The position numbers were made by a program, and so were the translations under genes. From an uncultured Anaerolinea sp. (GTDB taxonomy: Bacteria > Chloroflexota > Anaerolineae > Anaerolineales > Anaerolineaceae): a stretch of 64,000 nt of DNA. The notes beneath the pieces are model-generated. The model did no database searches, had not been told where the DNA came from, and worked only from the letters and a program-made list of their open reading frames with translations. The DNA lies in NCBI GenBank assembly GCA_964557895.1, contig CAZLBG010000001.1:44858-108857 (forward strand), given 5' to 3'. Positions 19,813 to 27,364 of the stretch are shown in pieces. Positions within the stretch are counted from its first letter, which is position 1. The number at the start of each line of letters is the position of its first letter.

Positions 19813-20784
19813 ATGAAAAAGTACACGCACGCCTGGATTGCCTTCAAAGCCATTGAGCGCCTGCAGCACGCCTCACTGACCGACGAGAACCGCGCCTTCG
19901 CCGATTACCTCATCGAATGGTTCCAGTCCCACAAGGATGGCGTCATCCGCGGCGCTTGGTACCCGGATGAGATCATCAAGGACAACGCCGTCTCCCACAT
20001 CCTCAAATACACTCCCGCGCCGCCATCCGACCCGCCCTCACCAAATCCCAAATTCCGCGTCCTGCCCTCCAAATCTCTCCTCTATCGTTCCGGGCTCACC
20101 TCCCCCCTCCACAACCGACCCTTCACAGTGGACGAGAACAACAACCTCCCCGAGCGCTGTGAAGCCCTCTCTCATGCTGTCATCGACAACCTGCGCATCA
20201 TCGAGCGCGAAGACAAAGGCTCCCCCCTCGCCCCCTCCTCCAACCACGCCGCCCTCGTCCTCTTCATGCTCAGCCACTACATCGCGGACGCCCACATGCC
20301 CATGCACTGTGACGCCCGCCCCGGCTCTCTCAGCAGCTTTGACCTCCACGCCGCCGTTGAGCAGGTCTGGGAGGAAGAGGTCGTCCGCTTCTACGCCATC
20401 GACCGCTACCACCAACGCTTCCTCTACACCCCCGCCGGCTGGCCCCTCCTCAAGGAGGATCCCAACTACGCTGGCTCCATCCTCAAGTCCGTCGAGGAGG
20501 AGCTTGCCGCCCGCGATTTCCAGGTCACCTGGGGGCAGGGCAATTCCAACGTCCGTGAGTTCATCCTTACCGTTACCCAGTACTCCTATCTCCTCGCTTA
20601 CACCTGGCTGCCGCAGGGGTACGACCCCGCCCGTCTCGACCGTGCCGCCCTCCAGCTCCCCTTTGGTGAGGGACTCGGCTTCCGGCAGATGAGCCTAATC
20701 GCCCTCGCCGATGCCATCGACGCCGTTGCCCGCGTCTGGCTTAGGGATTTGAGAAGATATATGAAGTGGGAAAATAATACATAG
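19813..20784 (+). CDS. Zinc-dependent phospholipase C / S1-P1 nuclease superfamily protein with no signal peptide
   Basis: N-terminal THAWIAFKAIERL resembles the PLC H-x-W-I...A-I motif. LSHYIADAHMPMHC resembles the LHY(L/V)GDxxxP(M/L)H zinc-ligand motif. SD 'ggagga' at 19802. Confidence 0.6.
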   Translation: MKKYTHAWIAFKAIERLQHASLTDENRAFADYLIEWFQSHKDGVIRGAWYPDEIIKDNAVSHILKYTPAPPSDPPSPNPKFRVLPSKSLLYRSGLTSPLHNRPFTVDENNNLPERCEALSHAVIDNLRIIEREDKGSPLAPSSNHAALVLFMLSHYIADAHMPMHCDARPGSLSSFDLHAAVEQVWEEEVVRFYAIDRYHQRFLYTPAGWPLLKEDPNYAGSILKSVEEELAARDFQVTWGQGNSNVREFILTVTQYSYLLAYTWLPQGYDPARLDRAALQLPFGEGLGFRQMSLIALADAIDAVARVWLRDLRRYMKWENNT

Positions 20785-20891
20785 ATATTTAGAAAAAAGA
20801 GAAACTCCATCTACACATAATTAGAAACAAAAAAGAGGGCGAAATATTTATGAAATTGAAATCCATTTTTCTTTTTTAAATTCCTGGTGGG

Positions 20892-21839
20892 GTGCTTCTA
20901 CTATCTACGGATCCAACAGAAAGTTGCATTTTCGAGTTTACATCAAACGAATATGAAGTTAGAGTTGATTTAAATCCAATACATCAACCAAGTGATAGTA
21001 AATCTCAAAATTCTATTAAAGAGACCCACCATCATGGTTATTCGCACTTAATAATTGAGATTTCTCGCAACGAAGGCATTTTGCCATTATCTAATTCAGA
21101 ATCAGAGAACCTAGAAATTATTAGGAAGCACATTGATTCTGTTCGTGAAAGTTACATTAATGAATGTTCAAAAATCTGTAATAGGCTGATAGACTTCTTC
21201 AAATATAAACTCCATAATCCGAATCTACATCAGATTACTCAGTATGATCAAGCAATTCAAAATCCTACCTGGTGTATTAATTGTGAAGAAAAATTCCCAT
21301 ACAATCACGGTTTTAGCACAGCAAAACTGTTACCAAAACCAAATGAATTTGGCATCCTTTACTATTCTGATGATTATTGTGAACCCCTTCGTGAAGCAGT
21401 TCAAAATGGAATAGAAACAAACTAGGTTGAGACATTATTGTCTGAAGCTCAGAATGCAATATTTGAAAAAAATCTTCGTAGAGGAACACTTGAATTGGCT
21501 ATAGCCACAGAGGTAATGGTAAAAAGTGCTTTTTTCGAAGAATCATCGATTGCTGGAGAAGTGATTGACTGCTTATCTGGAAATGGGAAAGTAAAAATTC
21601 GTGTTTTAGATCTAATTAGCGATGCTGCAAAGTACATCTTTGGTAAAAGTTTTAAAGATGAAAACATGGTCGATTAGGATAACATTTGCTCTTTGATCAA
21701 GTGTCGCAACCGAATTGCTCATAATGGAAAGACAGATTTTCTACAGAATGGGGTAAAAGTAATCCTAACCCTTGAATTACTGAAAGAATGGTGGAATTCT
21801 GTCTTCGAATTATCTAATTGGTTGGATTCAAACAAATAG
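20892..21839 (+). pseudogene. HEPN-domain (Rx4H) protein gene interrupted by two in-frame TAG codons, probably 5'-truncated
   Basis: ORFs 20892..21425 and 21438..21677 plus the untracked 21678..21839 share one frame. TAG codons at 21423-21425 and 21675-21677. 'KCRNRIAHNG' lies after the second TAG. ~33% GC. Confidence 0.6.
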
Positions 21840-21892
21840 AATGGATAACTGCAACAATTTGTTACGCCCTGACCTACCGTCGACTATCTTCT

Positions 21893-21967
21893 GTCATTGC
21901 GAGGAGCGTTCTCGCGAACTTTGCGCCCCCGAGCGATGCGAGTGGGGTTGCGACGCGGCAATCTCCG
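21893..21967 (+). repeat. GC-rich dispersed repeat, copy B, embedded in AT-rich DNA
   Basis: 'gtcattgcgaggagcg...ggcaatctccg'. Its 12-nt and 11-nt termini are identical to copy A. Confidence 0.6.
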
Positions 21968-22111
21968 TTTACTGGGTTGGGCAAACCTGAAAAGAGAAGA
22001 CAAAAGTGTAAATTCGTTTTCCTTCGAAACTAAAAAACGAATCTGTCTTCATCCCGCTTTTAATTGATTTGAATTGTTTCTAATTGAAACTCAAATTCAA
22101 TACAAATCAAA

Positions 22112-22137
22112 CGAATCCCCTTTTGCAAGAGGATTCG
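22112..22137. terminator. Hairpin, a possible bidirectional terminator between the islet and ppk2
   Basis: 'cgaatcccctt' / loop 'ttgc' / 'aagaggattcg' with 1 mismatch. T-rich run follows on the minus strand. Confidence 0.4.
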
Positions 22138-22154
22138 GCTTCTTCCATCAGTTC

Positions 22155-22249
22155 TTTCCGTGGTTTCCGTGGTTCCGAAGGTTTTACCTTTTCCTTTCGG
22201 AAATTTCGTGAATTTCGTGGTTAAAAAGGGTTGCTCTTTCCTTTCGTGG
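22155..22249 (+). repeat. Cluster of TTTC(C)GTG short direct repeats
   Basis: 'tttccgtgg' x2 in perfect tandem (22155-22172). Degenerate 'ttccgaagg' (22173-22181). 'aatttcgtg' x2 in perfect tandem (22202-22219). 'ctttcgtgg' at 22241-22249. Confidence 0.6.
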
Positions 22250-22263
22250 CTCCTTTTCTTCTA

Positions 22264-23067
22264 CTATTCGATCACAATATCCTTCAGCCCCTCCGCCGGC
22301 GCCGGGTTTTTCATCTCCAGCTTCTCCAGCGTCTCCACCAGCACCGCCGCGATCACCAGATCCCGATACCACTTCTTGTTCGCCGGCACAATATACCAGG
22401 GCGCTTTCTCCGTGCTCGTCTTCTCCAGCGCGTCCTCGTATGCCTTCTCGTACTCCCCCCACAGCGCCCGTTCCTTCAGGTCGCCCGGGTTGAACTTCCA
22501 GGTCTTGGTCGCGTCATCCAGCCGTGCCTGCAGCCGTTCCTTCTGCTCATCCTTGTTGATGTGCAAATAAAATTTCAAAATTGTCGTTCCGCTGTCAGCC
22601 AGCAATTTCTCAAAGTCCACGATCTGCTTGTATCGCTCCTTGCACACCGCCTCGCTCACCATCTTGTGCACCCGCACCACCAGCACGTCCTCGTAATGGC
22701 TGCGGTTGAAGATCACCATCTCGCCCTTGCCGGGCACCATCTTGTGCACCCGCCACAGGTAATCCCGGTCCAGCTCCTCCGCGGTCGGCACCTTAAAGCT
22801 CGCCACCCGCACCCCCTGCGGGTTCACCCCATCGAACACCTTGCGGATCACCCCGTCCTTGCCCGCTGTGTCCATCCCCTGCAGCACGATCAGCACCTTG
22901 TGCTTGTGCTCCGCGAACAGCAGCTCCTGCAGCACCTCCAGCTTGTCATTGATCTTCGCGGTCTTCGCCGCCCCCTCGTCCTTGCCGCCCTTGAACTCGC
23001 TGGTATCCTCCGGGTCCCACTCTGCCAGCTTCACCTTCATCCCCGGTTTCACGCGGTACTTGTCCAT
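22264..23067 (-). CDS. ppk2: Polyphosphate kinase 2 family protein
   Basis: 267 aa. LQGMDTAGKDG Walker-A-like motif and FNRSHYEDV, typical of PPK2. Confidence 0.9.
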   Translation of the reverse strand: MDKYRVKPGMKVKLAEWDPEDTSEFKGGKDEGAAKTAKINDKLEVLQELLFAEHKHKVLIVLQGMDTAGKDGVIRKVFDGVNPQGVRVASFKVPTAEELDRDYLWRVHKMVPGKGEMVIFNRSHYEDVLVVRVHKMVSEAVCKERYKQIVDFEKLLADSGTTILKFYLHINKDEQKERLQARLDDATKTWKFNPGDLKERALWGEYEKAYEDALEKTSTEKAPWYIVPANKKWYRDLVIAAVLVETLEKLEMKNPAPAEGLKDIVIE

Positions 23068-23116
23068 CGCTCCTCCTCTGTCGTTTGTGGATCGTGCCGT
23101 GCTTCTCTTCGCCGGC

Positions 23117-25237
23117 TCATCCGTACTTCTGCCCGTGCGCGTGCTTCATCAGCCATTCCTGCGTGCTCAGCGCATCCTTGTTGTCCGTCGCCGTCAGCCG
23201 CAGGTAGTCGCCTTCCATCGTCATCGAGCGCGCGCTCGTCGTGTCTCGCAGGTACGTCTCCAGCACCTCATCCCGCAGGTACCGGATGTCCTCCTCGTTC
23301 TCGATCGGGAACACCGTCTCCACCCGCAAATCCAGATTGCGCCCCATAAGGTCCGCGCTGCCCAAAAACACCTTTTCCTTCCCGCCGTTCTGGAAGTAGA
23401 AGATGCGGCTGTGTTCCAGATACCGCCCCAGCACGCTGATTACCCGCAGGTTCGCCCCGCTCTTGTCGCTCCCGGGCACCAGGCAGCACATCCCCCGCAC
23501 GATCAGATCGATTTTCACACCCTTCTCCGCCGCCTGGTACAGCAGGTGGATCATCTCGGGGTCCACCAACGAGTTCACCTTCAGGATGATATTCCCGCTG
23601 CGTCCCTCCTGCGCGTGCTTCACTTCCCGCGCGATCAGCCCTTCCAGCCGCTCCCGCAGGTTCACCGGCGCTACCAGCAGCTTGCGGTAGTCGCTCATCG
23701 TCGAGTAGCCCGTCAGGTAATTGAACAGGTCGGTCACATCCGCGGCGATCTCCTCGTCACACGTGAAGATGCCGATATCCTCGTAGAAGTTGGCCGTGAT
23801 GTAGTTGTAGTTGCCCGTCGCCAGGTGGCAGTAGCGCTTCAGCGTATCACCTTCGCGCCGTACCGCCATCCCCACCTTGCAGTGGATCTTCAGCCCCACC
23901 AGCCCATACACCACGTGCACCCCCGCCTGCTCCAGCATCTTCGCCCAGCCGATGTTGCTCTCCTCGTCAAAGCGCGCTTTCAGCTCCACCAGCACCGCCA
24001 CCTGCTTGCCACGTTCGGCGGCTTCCAGCAGGGCCTCCACTACCGGCGAGTTCTGCCCCACCCGGTACAGCGTCTGCTTGATCGCCAGCACCTGCGGGTC
24101 ACGCGCCGCTGCCAGCAGAAAGTCCACCACCGGCGTGAACGAGTCATACGGATGGTGCAGCAATATGCGCTTCTGCGCGATGATCTCGAAGATCTCCTCC
24201 GGGGTCTGCGCGTTGCGGAACGGGTAAGGCATCACCGGCTCATATACCGGGTACTTCAGGTCGCTCCGGTCGCTGGCGTTATACACCTCTGCCAGGCTAA
24301 CTAAATCCAACGTCCCGCTCAATTCGTAAATGTCCGAGGTCTTGATGTCCAAATTCTCGGTCAGCAGTTTGCGGATCCTCGTCGGCATGTTCTCATGGAT
24401 GGCGATTGCCACCGCCGACCCGAACTTGCGCCGCTTGATGCTCTGCCGCATCGACTCGATCAGGTCCTCCGCCTCGATCTCCTGGATCTCCAGGTCGGCG
24501 TCCCGGATCACCCTGAAGGGGTGCGATTCCACCACCTTCATCCCCGGGAACAGCATGCCCAAATTGGCTGCGATCACCTGGTCCAGCCACACGAAGTGTT
24601 GATGCCGCACCAGCGTGCCGTTCTCGTGCAGTCCCACAGCTGAACGCTTGACCGAAAGCAGCCGCGGCAGCGTTGCCGGCACCTTCAACCGGGCGAACTT
24701 CTCCCCGCCCTTGGGATCCTTGATCACGATCGCAAAGTTGAGGCTCAAGTTCGAGATGTGAGGAAAAGGATGCGCCGCGTCCAGCACCAGCGGTGTCAAT
24801 ATGGGGAAGATCACGTCCTTGAAGTACGTGTCCGCCTTCGCCCGCTGCGGTTTGGTCAGTTTGCGGTAATCCAGGATGTGCACCCCCGCCTTGTCCAGTG
24901 CCGGCATCAGCTCATCCTGGTAGCAGTGATAAGCGTCCTTATACAGCTTCAGCGACCGCTTGCGGATCAACTGCAGTTCTTCCCGTGGCGTCAGTCCGTC
25001 CGGCGAGAGTCCCGCGTAATGCGCTTCCTGCTGCTTGCGGATGCCCCCCACGCGCACCATGAAGAACTCGTCCATGTTCGACCCGAAGATGGAGAGGAAC
25101 CGCAGCCGTTCCAGCAGGGGGTTTCCCTTGCTGTGTGCCTCCTCCAGCACCCGTGCCTGGAAGTCAAGCAGGCTCAGCTCCCGGTTCAGTATCCGGTAGG
25201 TCGTGTTAGCTGCTTCAGATTTGCTCTTTTTCATCAT
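23117..25237 (-). CDS. ppk1: Polyphosphate kinase 1
   Basis: 706 aa. LNRELSLLDFQARVLEEA N-terminus. Full-length PPK1 architecture. Confidence 0.93.
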   Translation of the reverse strand: MMKKSKSEAANTTYRILNRELSLLDFQARVLEEAHSKGNPLLERLRFLSIFGSNMDEFFMVRVGGIRKQQEAHYAGLSPDGLTPREELQLIRKRSLKLYKDAYHCYQDELMPALDKAGVHILDYRKLTKPQRAKADTYFKDVIFPILTPLVLDAAHPFPHISNLSLNFAIVIKDPKGGEKFARLKVPATLPRLLSVKRSAVGLHENGTLVRHQHFVWLDQVIAANLGMLFPGMKVVESHPFRVIRDADLEIQEIEAEDLIESMRQSIKRRKFGSAVAIAIHENMPTRIRKLLTENLDIKTSDIYELSGTLDLVSLAEVYNASDRSDLKYPVYEPVMPYPFRNAQTPEEIFEIIAQKRILLHHPYDSFTPVVDFLLAAARDPQVLAIKQTLYRVGQNSPVVEALLEAAERGKQVAVLVELKARFDEESNIGWAKMLEQAGVHVVYGLVGLKIHCKVGMAVRREGDTLKRYCHLATGNYNYITANFYEDIGIFTCDEEIAADVTDLFNYLTGYSTMSDYRKLLVAPVNLRERLEGLIAREVKHAQEGRSGNIILKVNSLVDPEMIHLLYQAAEKGVKIDLIVRGMCCLVPGSDKSGANLRVISVLGRYLEHSRIFYFQNGGKEKVFLGSADLMGRNLDLRVETVFPIENEEDIRYLRDEVLETYLRDTTSARSMTMEGDYLRLTATDNKDALSTQEWLMKHAHGQKYG

Positions 25238-25273
25238 AACCGCGCTTTCAGCCCAGGTTCCCGCCCTCCGCTT

Positions 25274-25765
25274 CTACAGCAGGGTCGGGTCCAGCAGCCA
25301 CTCAAGAACCGCGCACTTGCCATCGCTCAATTCGTCGATGGTCAGGCAGCACAGTCCGGTCTTCTTCATGTGGATTGCGATGCGCTCATCCCCGCTGATC
25401 AGCTGCGAGATCAGCAGGCTCAGGTTCGGCTCATGCCCCACCAGCATCAGCGCATCCACCTGGTGCTTCTCGGTGATCTCCCGCATGAGGTCGCTCCGCT
25501 CGCCTTCCGGCAGCAGCGCGTTACACGCGATCACCTTATCTTCAGGCAGGTCCAGTTCCTTTGCCATTCTCGTGGCGGTATCCATCGTGCGCACCGCCGG
25601 GCTTGTCAGAACCAGCTCCACCGTGACCTCAGCCTCTTTCAGGAACTTGCCCACTTTGCCGATCTTCTTGTAGCCTTTCTTGATCAACGGTCGCAGCAGG
25701 TCATCCGGGTATTTATCGGCGTCCCGCACGTCCGCATCCGCGTGTCTCAGGAGGTAGAGTTTCAT
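25274..25765 (-). CDS. sixA: SixA-type histidine phosphatase (phosphohistidine phosphatase family)
   Basis: 163 aa. LLRHADA (RHA) and VGHEPNLS motifs. Confidence 0.8.
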   Translation of the reverse strand: MKLYLLRHADADVRDADKYPDDLLRPLIKKGYKKIGKVGKFLKEAEVTVELVLTSPAVRTMDTATRMAKELDLPEDKVIACNALLPEGERSDLMREITEKHQVDALMLVGHEPNLSLLISQLISGDERIAIHMKKTGLCCLTIDELSDGKCAVLEWLLDPTLL

Positions 25766-25767
25766 GG

Positions 25768-26793
25768 TCAGTCTCCATCCGCATCATCCGCGGCAACCGG
25801 TTTCTTCCTGCCGCGTTTGGTTCCTTCAGCGGTCACGGCAGCCTGCGCCGCTCCAGCCGTCCACGGGAAGTCCTCCCGTTTGCTGGCTCGCCACAGCGTT
25901 TCGGGCTTGGCATCCATCATCAGGATCGCCGTCATCGCATCCGCTGTTTTCTGCTCCAGGCTTGCCCGCAATCCGGTCAGGTCGCAGTCGCCGTGCTTGC
26001 GCGCGTACCGCTCGAGGATGCCCAGCATCACCTCGTGATTCTGGATATCGCCCAGCTTGTCCTGCAGCGCTCGGATTGCTGTCATGTTCGCTGATGGGTA
26101 CTGGATGAATATGGAGTTGATCACTTCCAGCTGGTATCTGAATCTCCGGCAAGCGATCCGCAATGCGTGGAAGGTCGCTGGCGTGCTGCTGTCCAGTTTT
26201 CGCCACAATTGCTGCACCGTCCTGAAAGACCCGTCCATCGCCCGCAGTACCTTGCGCTCGCAGTCTTCAGGGTCAGCACAGCCTTCACACAGCACCTTCT
26301 CCGCGCTTGCCACCCGTTCTGCGTTCCGGTGCACCTTGTACTTCGCAATATCCAGCCCCACCGCTGATTTCTGGCTCAGCTCGCGTTTGCGCAGGTACGC
26401 CAGGAACTCCGCGCTCCCCTGTGTCTGTGTGGTCATGTTGCTCAGCTCGGCGATCATCACCTGGGTATCGCGCAGCTTGTCAAAGTCGGTTCGCAGCTTC
26501 TTCAGCTCTTCGTGGATGCGCTCGACCGGTTTAAGCTTGTTCTGTACCAGCAGCAGCTCCAGCAGCGTCAGCAGCCTTCTCGTCGCCACCCGCAGGTCGT
26601 GCACCGACTCCACCGAGGCATTCTCCTGGCAGGCGGTCAGTTGCCGCACAAAGTTCAGCCAGTATAGCTCCAGCGAGGGTGCCAGCGGGTTGCGGCACTG
26701 CTCCTCTTGTTCAACGGGCATGCTTTCTACAGCAGGCAGCTGCCCGTCCGCATTGGGTTCATTCTTGGGAATGCGCTTAACAGCCATCATCAC
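25768..26793 (-). CDS. CHAD-domain protein
   Basis: VHDLRVATRRLLTLLE and FHALRIACRRFRYQLE helices typical of CHAD. Only 2 nt upstream of sixA. Confidence 0.8.
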   Translation of the reverse strand: MMMAVKRIPKNEPNADGQLPAVESMPVEQEEQCRNPLAPSLELYWLNFVRQLTACQENASVESVHDLRVATRRLLTLLELLLVQNKLKPVERIHEELKKLRTDFDKLRDTQVMIAELSNMTTQTQGSAEFLAYLRKRELSQKSAVGLDIAKYKVHRNAERVASAEKVLCEGCADPEDCERKVLRAMDGSFRTVQQLWRKLDSSTPATFHALRIACRRFRYQLEVINSIFIQYPSANMTAIRALQDKLGDIQNHEVMLGILERYARKHGDCDLTGLRASLEQKTADAMTAILMMDAKPETLWRASKREDFPWTAGAAQAAVTAEGTKRGRKKPVAADDADGD

Positions 26794-26955
26794 CTGGCCT
26801 TTATCGCTTAAATCTAATCATACCTCATTAGATTCAGGCAACTATCGTGCAGGTTTGCACGCACCAACCTCGCAGTTGGCTCAAGTTTTGGGTGCAGGAA
26901 TCTTGCCAATTTTGACAAATCCCTGTACCATTGGGCAAATAACAAAGGAGGAAAT

Positions 26956-27213
26956 ATGGACTTGACTAGCATCATCGTTTGGATCATTGTCGGCGCGGTT
27001 GCCGGCATCGTGGCGGATTTCCTGATCAAGGGGATCAACCTCCGCCTCATCGGCAAGATCGTCGTCGGTATCCTCGGCGCAATCCTTGGCGGCTGGATTT
27101 TCTCCATGCTGGGCATCTCGCTCGGCTCGGGCATCCTTGCCCAGATCATCCATGCCATCATCGGTGCAGTCCTTGTGTTAATCATTCTTCGGCTCATCCG
27201 CCGCAGGAGATAG
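26956..27213 (+). CDS. GlsB/YeaQ/YmgE-family small membrane protein
   Basis: 85 aa, three Gly-rich TM helices. SD 'aaaggagg'. Confidence 0.8.
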   Translation: MDLTSIIVWIIVGAVAGIVADFLIKGINLRLIGKIVVGILGAILGGWIFSMLGISLGSGILAQIIHAIIGAVLVLIILRLIRRRR

Positions 27214-27220
27214 ACACAAC

Positions 27221-27252
27221 AAAAGAGGGATCAGCAATGACCCTCTTTTGCT
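27221..27252 (+). terminator. Rho-independent terminator
   Basis: 'aaaagaggg' ... 'ccctctttt', followed by 'gct'. Confidence 0.65.
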
Positions 27253-27364
27253 TCCTTATCCTTTTGTGACCTCCTGGAAAGTTAATCCCACTTCAGTCAC
27301 ATCTTTTTGAAAACTCGATGGTTATAATAGGTGAAGGTTATTATCCCTCCCGATCGAGGTATTT

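Noticed and set aside
21423-21677. Pyrrolysine decoding of the in-frame TAG codons
   Set aside because: No pyl genes or tRNA(Pyl) in the window. The lineage inferred here is not known for Pyl. TAG terminates several core genes here. Kept only as generic read-through or recoding alternatives in the HEPN islet finding.
21818-22033. 71-aa ORF after the HEPN frame
   Set aside because: Its middle (…VIARSVLANFAPPSDASGVATRQSPF…) is simply the translation of repeat copy B. This is typical of spurious ORFs generated by this repeat family.
22155-22249. Possible CRISPR array at the short tandem repeats
   Set aside because: The units are only ~9 nt and directly abutting or irregularly spaced. There are no spacers of 25-40 nt and no cas genes in the window.
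22231-26965. Chain of long plus-strand ORFs (22231..23349, 22841..24304, 24758..26038, 26057..26965) opposite the polyP operon
   Set aside because: The translations are R/L/H/P/Q- or S-rich with no motifs. All are antisense to ppk2, ppk1, sixA and the CHAD gene, which have clear family signatures.
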